64,000 nt of DNA from Podarcis cretensis (Eukaryota). This document shows positions 37,301 through 50,780 of the stretch, one piece after another. The number at the start of each line of letters is the position of its first letter. Position 1 is the first letter of the stretch. The translations under genes and the position numbers were made by a program. The notes under the pieces were generated by a model. It was not told where the DNA came from, did no database searches, and saw only the letters and a list, made by a program, of their open reading frames with translations. The stretch covers positions 37,448,001 to 37,512,000 of the forward strand of contig OX638160.1 of the NCBI GenBank assembly GCA_951804945.1, given 5' to 3'.

Positions 37301-38540
37301 CCTGATCCAACGGAGTCGAGAAGCCTTGCCCACGGAGAAAGCAAGTTGACTGTGAACTTGGTCTAAAGCGAGCTCTGCTGGCGAGTTCTGGAGTGTGCAG
37401 ATTTATCTTAGTTTCTGCATTTACTTAACCTGGCAATGAACTGCGCGGGCTGCCATTTATTATCCAGAGACAGACTTCACCTCGAGCAAGGACTGTTTCA
37501 CAAAAACTGCAATAATTACCCAATAACCTTCATAACAAATATTATTATTGAAAAGCCCATTTCAGAGGGTTATGTGGAGAAGGAAAAGAAGGGGACAGGC
37601 TCCCTGGAAAGAGACGCCTTTTGGAAAACATGGTGTCTTTCTCTCTGAGATCACAGTGCATTGTTTGCGTCCAATATGCAAACCATACAGCCCTGTGATT
37701 GTGGAGGAGCTGTTTTGGAGAAACGCTAGCCGCCAGGGAAACTACTAGGATTTTGGAGAATCGTGAAAACAAAGCCTGCGAAAAATAGAGGTTGTGTGAT
37801 CAGAGTGGATAGAAAGAACAAAAAACTCCCAAAGGCCGAATTATACAGATCAGAAAATCAGATGAAAGAGGGGAAGAAAGAGAGGGATTACAGGAAAGAT
37901 GCAATCCAAGTGCTTATGTCCTCGATATTAGAATGTAATGTTGAAAGCTGGACAGATAAGGTAGCAAACACTTGCAATTTCACTCTTTTGAAGACAAGGA
38001 AATTAATTCGTTAAGATAACGCCACTAATAATTTTCCCATGATGCTTTGTAGTGAGGGGCACGCGCAAACCATCGAATCATGTGACTTAGAAAAGCCATC
38101 TTACGCTTTAAAGAAAGTGAAGTCTTCCGACGCCCTTGCTATATACACACACCCTTGTCTAACCTTTAATGGCGCTGGTGCTTACATCTGGCCCAGCGAA
38201 GTACTTCTAAGGTTCAGAATTGCTCGCGGTAATTTAAGTAAAATAAACCATACAGTTGTCAGAGAAAGAAAGCAACAGTGATACGACAGTCATCATCATC
38301 AGATATACTTGCACTAAATACACATACAATATTATTTTAAAATGGGCTTTACATTCCGGAGTTTCGTGTGGATGTGTTTTGCCTAGGTTATTCGGTAGAG
38401 TGTTTCAAGGTGGCACGGCAGAAAACTAGAAATATTTTTAAATAGTGACAATTCCCATAGTTATTCGCATGTTCAATGAATTCATCTTGTGTTTAGGGGT
38501 TGGCTTTTTTTGTTTTGTTTTTTTGTGCGTGGGGTATTTT

Positions 38541-38612
38541 GCCTACTCAGAAGAAAGTCTCGTTGAGTTCAATGGGATTCACTCCCAGGGAAGTGAGTAT
38601 AGGATTGCAGCC
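38541..38612. mobile_element. Hairpin-like interspersed repeat copy (reverse orientation)
   Basis: ctactcagaagaaagtctcgttgagttcaatgggattcactcccagggaagtgagtataggattgcagcc|taa. Confidence 0.7.
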
Positions 38613-41061
38613 TAAATGACATTGTTCACAAAGCTGTATGTGTTTCACTGGCTAGTATCCATTCAGTCAACTAGCAATCAAAAGGCTGGATCGCTAGGTA
38701 GCCACGGTAAGAGTTAACTAAGCATTCAGCTCAATGAATTGTTTCCCCCCAGTTACAAAATCAGACGGCATCAGGATTTCCCTACTCCATTCCTGAACTC
38801 TTTTGAAGTAAATCCAACAGACTTCAGTACGATTTTCTTCTGCCTAGGTATGGAGCAGAATGACCACAACCTTCAGATGGTCTCATCCAAGACGATGAGA
38901 TCACATCCAGCCCCGAATGAGCTTAAACTGGACCTTGTTTTTCACTAGGAAACAGAAGCTAAAGTTCAGTTCATGTAAACTGAAGTAGATTAGCACCTGG
39001 ATTTCAGTCATATTTTACTTGGGGAAATATCCCCTTGAAAGCCTGGACTCGAATTTCCCAGTAAATACTTTAGGAGTCCAACAATAGTCCCGTTGGATTT
39101 TTTTTTAAAAAAAGTGTAAAATCAGGTCCTTCCCTTAACTGGATTATGGATTTGTAATTCAGCCGTCTGTTTCTCTTTAGCAGATTTGCATTATATTTAA
39201 ATCCTTATTTTTTTCTACTGAAAAAAGTCTAGTCATGTTTTCAGACACGTGTATACGCATTGCTAACTATTTAAGGTGTAGGAAAGTAAATACCATGAAA
39301 AATGCCAGGAGTATTAGCATTCGGTTCTGTGTGATTAATTCTGCCACATAGGCTTGGACTAAATGTATAATTAAACACTGCTCCTCTCCACCCAGCATTG
39401 TTAGCGTATCCATATGTATTCAGGGAAATGTATAAAAAATATTTGAAGTGTTAAGATATATATTCACTTATTGCTGCAAGTTTCTCAACCTTCTAATATT
39501 ACCCACCTATACACAAGAAAAAATATCCTTCATCAGAATATCTCTTTCCAAACAGCCACTAGGACAGGGCACGCTTATGTTATATTACGCTATTATATCT
39601 TCTGGCAACACTGTCTTTTCCTCTGATGTCCAAAGCGATATAAGAGTGGAAAAGCATATTCTAGAACCCCACACGCTGATAACAATCTGTTGTTGTTTTT
39701 TAAAAGGCAGGAATTGGGGCGAGATCGTTTCAAACCTCACGTGGGGTCACCTCAACGTATGAGCCCATTTGTACGGGCCCCTCTTACTTTCTTTTTCAAA
39801 AAGAGTAGGGTCCTATCTTGCCAATTCTTAGTCACCTGCATGGCTTTTAGCTACAAGGCGCTCCAAAGATACAACTGATAAGACTTAAAAGCTGCTCGTG
39901 TGAGCAAAGATTTCCAGGATTTGGCTCTGGCAGTACAAAGAAGCTGAGAAGAAAGAAAAGGAAATAACAAAACAAAACAAAAAGAAGAAGGGCAGTGGAA
40001 AAAGGGATGCTCTTTCACGCTCTCTTTCAACCCTGGAAATTCAAAGACTTAAAGTTGAATCCGGTCATAAAGTTTATTGCTGAGTAATCACACTCTAGTG
40101 AGAAGAGTCTACTTAAATAGGGGGAAAAAAAGAATGTTGAAATAAACAGGCAGCTGGGGCCTAGCCTGCAATTCCCAGCCAGTAATGTGTGTATGTAGAT
40201 ATATATATGGATATCTATATAAATGGGGTTATTTACTATCGCCTATAAACCTATGCGTATTGTCCTTCATAATTCCAAGCACTCCAATGGCACGTAGAAT
40301 CTCCTGTAAAAGTTACAGTCAATTTGTTCCTTCATGGGAAGGGATAAAGGAACCAGCGGGAAATGAAGACACTGGGGTTGTGGGGAATCTACGGTAAGGG
40401 TGTAAATTGCGTATATATACACTCTATGTACACACAGAGAGGGACACCGAGAGAGATGTAGCTAGGTGAGGGTACTTATGAAGGAGAGATAAATGTCAAA
40501 GAACCTTAACCACGTAAAAGTCAGACTTGGAGCGCACCTTCCTTGTCTTTTAGAGACGATAAGTTGGAAAACTTATCTTGGAAAACCTACGACTGCGTCA
40601 ATTCCACACACATCCCGCCCCGCAAAGACAGGGATGCCCAGTCTACAGATATAGCCAGATCTATGTTCCTTTCATTAAAATATATTTTTTTGAAAAAAAT
40701 CGCCTGCGGACTCTCTGCCCCCTCAATAAACAAAATCACTGGGCACGGAAAAGTTCCTGAAGCAAAGGAAGTCATTATCATTTGCCGTAGTCAAAGTAAT
40801 TAAAGTTAGGCCTCAAAATCCATCTCTGCCAAAGTCGCTTATTGTGGTTTGCCTGGATTTGACGGATAAAATTTTAAAAAGGAGAGGTTAGATAAAAGTG
40901 GGGAGGAGGGACAACGGCCCCCCACCCACTGTAACCCGCACCTTTCAAATATTATTTATTCCCGTCCGAATCAACGGGGCAGCGTTAAGAAGGAGCCAGG
41001 CAACGACAGGCGAGCTCTTCACTGTACAAATAAACTTAAGCAACTTGTGCACGAAACTTAC

Positions 41062-41168
41062 CTTAACTTGCAATGAGCCATTTTTTCAGAGAGTATTTGA
41101 GAACTTGGGGGAATGGATACTTCTGTACCTAAACCTGACAATTTGAATGGCCAGGAGGCGCACGTAGC
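41062..41168 (-). other. 107-nt internal non-coding exon of long HOXA3-type transcript
   Basis: Acceptor ctcttttgcag|GCTACG at 41169/41168 and donor TTAAG|gtaagt at 41062/41061; resembles the second half of the mouse Hoxa3 distal leader (TIE region) as I recall it. Confidence 0.72.
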
Positions 41169-41204
41169 CTGCAAAAGAGTCAAATGAAGTCCATCGTCAG
41201 TGTG

Positions 41205-41292
41205 ATTATATGTTATGTGGTATATAATGTTGGATGACAACTCCCCAAAACCATAAAACTTACTTTAATGGCACCACGTGACTTTTTATAGC
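41205..41292. promoter_or_regulatory. Cdx/Hox-site and E-box block 3' of HOXA5 (region of the Hoxa5 mesodermal enhancer)
   Basis: CCATAAAA, TTTAATGG, CACGTG and TTTTATA clustered about 4.2 kb downstream of the HOXA5 ATG; continues into an N-run. Confidence 0.5.
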
Positions 41293-41432
41293 NNNNNNNN
41301 NNNNNNNNNNNNNNNNNNNNNNNNNNNNNNNNNNNNNNNNNNNNNNNNNNNNNNNNNNNNNNNNNNNNNNNNNNNNNNNNNNNNNNNNNNNNNNNNNNNN
41401 NNNNNNNNNNNNNNNNNNNNNNNNNNNNNNNN
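41293..41432. other. N-run (140 nt)
   Basis: Undetermined bases with non-repetitive flanks. Confidence 0.99.
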
Positions 41433-43310
41433 ATCAATGTAAAGCCGTCTGTAAATGTGCAAAGCTTTAGTTGCGCTTAGAAGCTCGGGAGAGTTAACCA
41501 TTCAAGCCCTGGTGGGGGTAAGTAACGTTACATTTCCTAGCAAAAAAAGAGTAGCTGTAGCGAAAATAAATAAATAAATAAATAACTGTTATGTCGAAGG
41601 GTGGAATTTATCCCCACCCGCGCAACAACAGCCACAAAACCCTTCCCCAATACCTTTTTTTAAGAGTGCAAGAATAAGAAGGTGGGTGTATCTGGTTTAT
41701 TTAAATACTTCCCCCCCCCCCATGTTGGACTGGTGCTCATAGATGCAAGACCTTTCTGGCAGGTCTAGCTTTCTTTAACTTATGAGGATGAACCGATGGA
41801 GATAGTATAAAGCAGGTTCTGGAGATGATAATGTTGTTGAAGAAAGGACAGTCGTCTTCTTCTTCTTTTTTTCCTCCCCAGCCAAGAAAGAGCAGAAGTT
41901 TGGGGCATTCCTTCTCCCTCCCACCCCACTTTCTAGACAAGGAGTTGGCTGAGGGTCTGTTATTGTGAGCCCTCCACCCAAAGAATAACTTTACAATTCC
42001 AAGGGATCTGGGGCAATCGTGTCTGCATCTACTTTGAAGTTGGGTTAGGTCCTTCTCCAACTTTGCTCTAGTTAGAGTGATGAAGCTAAGGACATCTCCG
42101 TTAGGGTAGAAACCAAACTACCCGCAGAAGTAAAAACAAAAACAAAAAACGGGGGTTCGATGGGGAAGAAAGAAAAGGGGGAAACCCTTACAATAGAAAG
42201 TTTATTTTTTTTCCAGTCAGTTATTAAAAAAAAAAACAGTTTCTTTTCAAAAGCCGATCACATTATTGTTGTTGTTGCTGCTATTATTATTATTATTATT
42301 ATTGTTTGCTCAAACAGCCAGACTTTGACTCTATGTGTAACTTTGTTCACCAAAAGAAAGGAAGGAAGCTATAAGAGAGAAGAGGGGGTGGGAAATACGT
42401 TACTGAAGCTGCGCTTAATAAAAAAGCCACTTCTAAGACTTCGTGCAAAGAGAGTCATATACAAAGGCACAAGCAAAGGACATACTGTCTGGAATCACAG
42501 TTTTCGTCACAGATTCACTATTCACTACACGTTAGGACACGTTCCGTTTTTGTATTTCGTCATATTCACCTCTACAACAGCCATTAATGGACACAGGGAA
42601 ATAAGATAGGTCGTTTCTGATCGGAAATCTCGGCCACAGCTTGGAGCTATACAGACACTGACACGTTTTGAACACACATGCACAGCAAAGCACAGCGAGT
42701 GCAACACACACAGAGAGAGAACATTGGGAGTCAAACAGGACTTGTAGGGGAGCCAGATGGGAAGGACTTGAGCGGGAAGCGAACGAGGGACCAAATCGTC
42801 CTCCTTTACTTTTGTGTTTGTCTAGGGTGTCTTCCCCCCCACCCCCGGTTCCCCCTCCCACTTTACAGTTACTTCAAGTAACACCACTCGCTTCATATAA
42901 ATAAGTTAAAACATCTACATTGTCCCCCCCCCTTCAAGACAAAAGCCATTCAAGACATAAAATGCACGGGAAGCAGATCTACTCGTAACACGCGCTAGAG
43001 AGAGAGAGAGGAAGAGAGAGACGCGGGCGGGGGCGGGGTGGGGGCTCAATTAAAACAGGCTCAGGATGAAGCGATGGGCGAGGGAATCTTCAGCCTCCCA
43101 GAGAAGTTGGAGCAAGTCAGTGTGGTCTACAGAACGAGGGGCAGAAGGAGAGCGAGAGCGGGAAGAGGCTACTGACATTCCACGCAGGGTCAGCTCAATT
43201 ATAATACTGCTCAGTTACTCGGGTTTTTTTGTTTTGTTTTCTTCCGGGGAAGGAAGAAGGAGAAGGAGCAGCAGCAGCAGCAGCAGCTTCAGGGCCGGGG
43301 GGTTTTCCTC

Positions 43311-43712
<402 letters not shown>

Positions 43713-43728
43713 TCAACAAGTAGCTCTT

Positions 43729-43763
<35 letters not shown>

Positions 43764-44225
43764 CCCGCATCTATCTCTTCTCCCCTTCTCTCAAATAATA
43801 TCCCGGGCTCTGAATTTGAGTAGCCTCCCCTTTGCCTCTTCTGAGGAATTTTATTTAATCTGGGGAGGATGGCAGCTCCCTTCTGCACCCCGATCCTTAA
43901 CGTATTACTACTCGCAAGTAAAAGAAAACAAAACCATTTGGCTTCATGAGAACTTACTTCCTCCTGACAGTATGCTGAGGGTCGTGGGGAAGTTGTTACT
44001 AGAGTGAGTTTTACACAAACATAAACACCCAAACCAAGCACCCTCTGAAGTTCTGGTCCCACTCCTGATCTGAACACACTTTATCTGGGAGTCACTGGGA
44101 AGAATTTCCAAGTGCACTCTGGACTGCAGGACTAACCCCCCCCCAATTGCCCCCCTCCAACCTCCTCTCTTAAGTTTTCCCTCGACTTCCTTCCCTCCCA
44201 GAAAAAAATATTTTCCCCCACACCC

Positions 44226-44279
<54 letters not shown>

Positions 44280-44768
44280 GCACACACATTATTTACTCAA
44301 CTTCTTTTTTGATATAATTAGTAACGGTGTTTTTCACTGGACGGTCCTCGTCATAAATTACAAGGACTGACACGCACTATTCAAGAGCCCTCTCTTTCAC
44401 ACACACACACACACGCGCTTTCCCTCTCTCTCTCCCCTCCCCCCAAATTTCAATTACACCTCACAGTCCGGGAGACTTAGAAGAGTTATTAAAGAGAGCT
44501 TGGCTCACCCTACCCCGATTTCCAAAGTCCCACTTGCCTTTTCCAGGAGGGACCGGGGTTTTTTTTGGGGGGGGGCGGGTTTCCTCCGCATAGACCAGAC
44601 GATCAGACAAGCAGGCAGAGGAACACAGAGAGCAAGAGAAAGCACATTTCTCGCCCACCACGTTTTCTATTTTGCAAACAATCTACCTTCTCTCTCCCTC
44701 GACACACACTCCCCCCCTCCCCACCCCTCTCTCATACATAGATATTGTAATCCGGGCATGCTTTTTAC

Positions 44769-45462
44769 CATGGCTTATGTGCAGTTTTCTCATCCAGGGG
44801 TAGATCTGGGGCTGTGGCGGCTGTGGAGCTGTGCTTTGGTCGTTCTGCTGGGGATTCGCCTGCTCGCTGCTGGCCGGGGCGTCCTCCTGGGTGCCTGGCG
44901 ACGTGCTGAGCCCTTCTCTGCCTAGGTGGTGGGGGTTGTTGCCCGTGCTGCTGGCGCTGGTGCTGGCGCTGGTGCTGCTGGTGCTGCTGCTGGCGCCGCT
45001 GCTGGAAGTGGACGAAGTGCTGCTCGAGTTGGCCGTGGAGTTTTTCACGCTGCCGCCGTGATGAGCGTCGCCGCTGACAGGCGAGGTGGCCGCCACGGCA
45101 GCGGCGGCGGCGGCGCAGGGCAGAGGGTCAGGCGGAGGCGAGTGAGTGGCCCCCGTGGCCCCCGCCGCCGCCCGGCTGGCGTACCTGGCCTCGGGGGCAG
45201 CGCTGGCGGGGTAGCTGCTGCGAGCCCTCTCCGAGGGGCCCCCTGCCCCAAAGTGGCTGGAAGCCGAGCGGCCGACGCTGAGGTCCATGCCATTGTAGCC
45301 GTAGCCGCCGCCGCCGCCGCCGCCGCCGTACCTGCCGGAATGCATGCTGGCGGAGTCCCTGAATTGCTCGCTCACGGCACTGGGATCTCCATAATTATGT
45401 AACGGGTAGTCCGGGCCATTTGGATAGCGACCGCAAAATGAGTTTACAAAATAAGAGCTCAT
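44769..45462 (-). CDS. HOXA5: Homeobox protein Hox-A5, coding exon 1
   Basis: [19 protein letters not shown] start; [14 protein letters not shown]; donor CATG|gtaaaa at 44769/44768. 694 nt; joined CDS 945 nt = 314 aa. Confidence 0.97.
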
Positions 45463-45584
45463 TTGTTTTTTTTGTTGATGATGATTTTTTTGTTGTTGTT
45501 GTTGGTTGGGATTTTTTTGTTGCTTTTTTTTTTGATCGGGGGGCTTGATTTGTGGCTCTTTGCTTCGTTTTTTGGTGCGTCTAT

Positions 45585-45756
45585 NNNNNNNNNNNNNNNN
45601 NNNNNNNNNNNNNNNNNNNNNNNNNNNNNNNNNNNNNNNNNNNNNNNNNNNNNNNNNNNNNNNNNNNNNNNNNNNNNNNNNNNNNNNNNNNNNNNNNNNN
45701 NNNNNNNNNNNNNNNNNNNNNNNNNNNNNNNNNNNNNNNNNNNNNNNNNNNNNNNN
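45585..45756. other. N-run (172 nt) over the HOXA5 promoter
   Basis: Undetermined bases 123-294 nt upstream of the HOXA5 ATG. Confidence 0.99.
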
Positions 45757-45838
45757 AGTTTGGGTGGATGCTGGAAGGGCTGGGGCGCGCGCGCCGGCGC
45801 GCGCACCCGGCTGCCAGCTCGCGACTGTCAGTCGGCCT

Positions 45839-45858
45839 CGTGCGCCACCCTCTGGAGG
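45839..45858 (-). promoter_or_regulatory. CTCF site between HOXA5 and HOXA6 (C5|6 boundary)
   Basis: Minus strand TCCAGAGGGTGGCGCA fits the CTCF core; position matches the known Hoxa5|6 chromatin boundary. Confidence 0.75.
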
Positions 45859-46973
45859 AAAGCGGGATCTTCACCTCCGCAACACCCCCCCCCCCGCCCC
45901 AGCCAGGGGCTTACTCGCAAGTCTGGGGTCGAATCGAGGTTACAGCCCATTATAGCAAAATTATGGCATCTCTCACACAGTTCCATTAGTATGGACCAAT
46001 TTTTAAGGGCTATCGGCTCCAGATCAGAAAACCAGCAAGAATTCAGAAGCATAGGGGAGAAATAATATATTCAATCTTTCCTTTTCAGTAAGATTCCTTT
46101 TAATCTTGCACATTCCTTTATTATTTTCTAACATCCCCCATTCTGCTAGAGATTCTTTACAAAGAAAAGCTATATAAATAGAGAGAGCCATATATATATA
46201 TATAGGGATTTCTTTTGCAGGAGGAAGGGAAAAGACTAATTATTATTGAAGCCAATTAGAGGAAAGCAATAAACCCCAACATTCTAGCAACAATTACTAT
46301 GGTGTCCTTTTTTCTCAGGCGCTTGAAAAACCAGGATAAAAGGGGTGGCGGGGGATCGATCGCTGTGTATTTTTAAAGATCAGTGCCGATTTCAAAATTT
46401 CCTACAGCTGAGCTGTTCTCTAAGCCTCTTTTAAACAGCCTGGAACTAAAAGCAAGCAAACCCCAGTATCATTTTATGACACCGTGGCATATTCTCTGCC
46501 TCCCCCACCCAATTTCACAACAACATATATATATACAATGGTGGTGATCTTTTGAGGGGTAGGTTTTCACTATTTCACTTTTATTAATATTCAGAGTCAT
46601 TTCCCAAAAAGTACACTTTTCATAGTATCGAAAAAGACCTTTGCATTTCCACATATACACAGAGGACGCCAAACACACTTAATCGCATATATAAAGACAC
46701 ATTTTCACTGTCACTGTTATTTAAAGCAAACCGTGCTTGCGCCGGATCCTTCTTTCACACATTCTCAATGAAAGCATAGAATAGTAGCTACATTTCGACT
46801 TTGCTTCCATCACCATCATAATTTATTGTCGTTGTTTAGAAATTTAACCAAATGTGATGGGGGGGGGGGGTTGGGGAAACAGCCACAATTCAGTATTCTG
46901 CCTGCTCCTTCAACAGTACTCAGAAATCAAAGTTACCCTCGATAGTCAAGTTGTGTTTATGAGCGTGCATATA

Positions 46974-47010
<37 letters not shown>

Positions 47011-48010
47011 TCCTCTAATTCGAACTCTACCCATCTCTGCCTGCCTGGAGATACTTCTCCCTTCACTTGTTGTGCTTTTAATTACAGTATTTTGAGCTTT
47101 GTGGGGTTTTTTTTTAAATGCAGGCTTTTGCTAATTAAAACAAAACACTACGCAAATATGTGGCCATTTTGAAACATCCATAGCGGTTCATCAACACTTC
47201 AAGGCTGTATTTAAAACAACAACAACAGAAAAACGTTTAATCTCATTATTGAAATTTCCCCTTTCCCTATTTTATTTTGGTGGGGTGGGATCCTAACTAT
47301 ATATTTCAATCATATGTACAAGGAAACACGCTTTTCCTAATCTGTACTGTAATATTTCGGTGACATAAAGTCGCCATAGTGGCAACTTTAATCATGGAGT
47401 CTTTTTATTTTTTGTTTTGTATTTTTTTAAAAAATCCGAATGAATAGGCTCAGGTCTGAGGTGAAAAGGAGACGAACAATGGCACCAATCTATCCCGAGT
47501 TAGCAGCAAAGACATAAATAAGACGCCTGTACATCTCTGGCAGTCCTAGAATATGGAGGTTTCCCTCTGAGCAAGCGACCGCCGCTCCCCCTTTTTTTGT
47601 CCACCAATTTCCAGTCTTTCATATTAACACCGATGCTCCACTTCAAAGTTTGTTTGGTGTGGGGTTTTTTTTAAAAAAAGAATCTTGATACCATCTGAAG
47701 CATATCCTAACCTACACTTTGGAGACCTGGTTATGTACACCACTCCCTTCCATGTCCATTTATCCTACCGATCCAGAAATTCACAGTTAATTGCAAATAT
47801 ATATAGATATATATAAATAGGTATATATTTTAATCAAGCCTTTGAAAGTCGTCAGAACCATTACAATACGAATTATATCTATATATATATATATATTCCT
47901 GGAGGAACATAAGAGGGGAGGGGGCAAGGGGAGATGTAAAGAGCGACTAATGAAAGGGTATGGTGGCAACTCCACAGCCCCCCCCCCCCCGCCTCGTTGT
48001 AAGCATTGTT

Positions 48011-48292
<282 letters not shown>

Positions 48293-48668
48293 TCAGTTGA
48301 AGAGGCCTTCGTGCTTTCTGTTAACAATGGAGGAAAACTGCTTCGAGCTGCGCTGGTGTGTGTGTTTCCCCCCCTTTCTCCCCCACCCCCAGCCCATATC
48401 CTTGCATAGGAAGATATAAGGAGATGCGTGGGGAAAGTTCAGTCCCTTCCTCAACGTTTCCCGGGTTAAATATCTCCCAGGGATATCTAGTTGGTAGCAG
48501 AACTTTGGGAAGCGAATGTTCCTATTGACGTCGGGGCTAAAATTCCGCGCTCAACACGCAGAGAATACCCTCATATGGCACGCAAACGGGCACATATGCA
48601 CACGCTGTGACTGACTCTGTGTGGGGTGTGTAACATTTCTATCTCGCTGTGGCGTAGGCAAAAACTCA

Positions 48669-48757
48669 GGCTGTAATCCTATACCCATCTACCTGGGAGT
48701 AAATCCCATTGAACTCAACAGAACCTACTTATAAGTGAACATGCCTAAGATCACGCC
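48669..48757. mobile_element. ~90-bp hairpin-like repeat copy in HOXA6 intron
   Basis: ggctgtaatcctatacccatctacctgggagtaaatcccattgaactcaacagaacctacttataagtgaacatgcctaagatcacgcc, with imperfect inverted ends. Confidence 0.7.
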
Positions 48758-49952
48758 GATAGGGTACCTGGGCAGGAGTCGGACAAAGTTAAGCAGTTCC
48801 ATTGGTTTTCAGAGGCATACTCGAGCAGGCGCACGTCCTTAACTCTGCTCTATTTAAAATAAGTGCGACCTGAAAGTGCTTAATTTTGTCTGGACCACGA
48901 CCTTTCATAATAATTAAAGCAACAGATACCAGTTCCTGAGCTCATTTATTTGCAAGGCCCTTGATTTCGGTAAAGCCTACTTCCAAGCAAGCCCTCTTAG
49001 GATGACAGCCTAGAAGCGAAGTATAATTACAAAGAAATAAATCCTAATATGCATTCTTAAAGCAACAAGCCCCCACCTCATATTTACTGCAGTGTGGTGC
49101 CCCCAAAAGAAACAAACTCACAATGGAGAAGGTAAACTTATGTAGGAAAAACCTGAATAAAAATGCGTCGTGGAGTTTAAATTTTGCATGGCTTTTCTCT
49201 TTTCCTTTAAGAGGGACAAAGGATGAAATTCTGATCCATTGAAATCAATGGGAATTTGGCCATTGATCAAGTTTCCTCTCTTCCCACCTCCTCCGCCCCC
49301 AGTAGATGATTTGTGTGCGTGCACATATTACTGGAAAACGTGCATTCAGTAGCTAATACTTACACACTAATGAGTGGGTGAAGGGAGGGGGAAGAGAGGA
49401 TTTGTCTTGCAAATATATTGAGCAGTCAATACAGAGGGCATATTCCTCTGCATCAGTCTCTGGCTCTCATGGAAGCGGGCTTCTTTTAATAATGATTATT
49501 TCGTACTAGTAGCAGCAGTAACCACCACCCAAGCCTACAACGAGCACCAGATCTTAGTACTTTATACCGAACTGGCTCTCAGGTATGATTGTTTGGGCAT
49601 TGCAACCTTTATCTGCTGACTCAGACTTTAGGCGACCTTTCCTTTAAAAAATAATAATAAATGCATACTTCTTCAAAGTAACACCCCCACCCCACCCCAC
49701 CCCACCTCACCCCGCCCAGCAAAGTGTCAGGATAGAGAAGAACCTGGAGAGGAATCTCAGTCTACCCATTTGCTTGCAGGTGACACTGGTCTTCATAGAT
49801 CCAGCTTCCCGCCCCCCCTGCAAAAAAACCCTCTCATATTCCTCCATCCTCCCCCAAAACCCTTTATCTCTCTCTCTCCCCCCTCACCTTCACTTTCACC
49901 CTCTCTCGCCCGCCCGCCCCCCTTGAGTCTTGCTTGCATCCCTGTGACTTAC

Positions 49953-50403
49953 CAGCGCACGAGTTCATCCTTTGCATCCAAGGATAAACAGGGCTGCTGT
50001 ACTTCCGGTCGCTTCCTTCCTCGTTTAGGATTTTGGCCGGCCCGCTCTCGGGCTTGTACTGCTGGTCAGAAGCAAAGCAGGGCATATAGTCCCCAGGGTG
50101 GCTGGCCCTTTGCTTGCCACTGCCGGAGGGCGAGGAGGCGCCGCCCAAGTCCTTGTCTGGATAGAAGCAGGAGGCTCCATAGTCATAGGATGCCCGGTTG
50201 CAGGCGATGACCGTGTTGGTGGACTGTTGATAGAAGCAAGGTGAGGAGTAGGTCTTGTCCTGCAGGCTGCCGGCCCCATAAGAGGCTGGGAAGTGCCTCA
50301 GAGCCTCGTACCCAGCTGGGTAGATGGGGATCTGCCCGAGGAACGACTCCTGCCCATTAGGCAGGCTCCCCGGGAAAGTGGGATTCACAAAATAGGAACT
50401 CAT
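49953..50403 (-). CDS. HOXA6: Homeobox protein Hox-A6, coding exon 1
   Basis: [15 protein letters not shown] start; [14 protein letters not shown]; donor GCTG|gtaagt at 49953/49952. 451 nt; joined CDS 708 nt = 235 aa. Confidence 0.97.
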
Positions 50404-50740
50404 TGACGCTCCCCAGATCCCGGACCGTGATTTGTTGTGTATTAGTACATCTGGCTATAACTATTAGTAGTCATCGAAGTGGTTTGTTTCTGGATGGCCG
50501 AGCGCCAAAAGCGACAGCAGCAAATAGCACCAGCTGATGGCTCGGCGACCAATGAGAGAGCGGCGGAGGGCCCTTCTCCCCTGGGACCCGCCGCCACCGA
50601 ACCAGCAAAGTTACAAACAACACCCCCCAGCCGCCGTATCTCAGCCGCCGCCGGAGCCCGGCAGATGGATGGCAACTTGGAAACAGCGGTTATCGTCCGC
50701 TGTGCCAAAAAGCTGGAGGCGTGGGGACGGCTAGAGAGGA

Positions 50741-50780
<40 letters not shown>

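Noticed and set aside
30448-43310. miR-10 hairpin between groups 4 and 5
   Set aside because: No TACCCTGTAG mature sequence found on either strand; consistent with its known absence from HOXA. miR-196b lies beyond HOXA9, outside the window.
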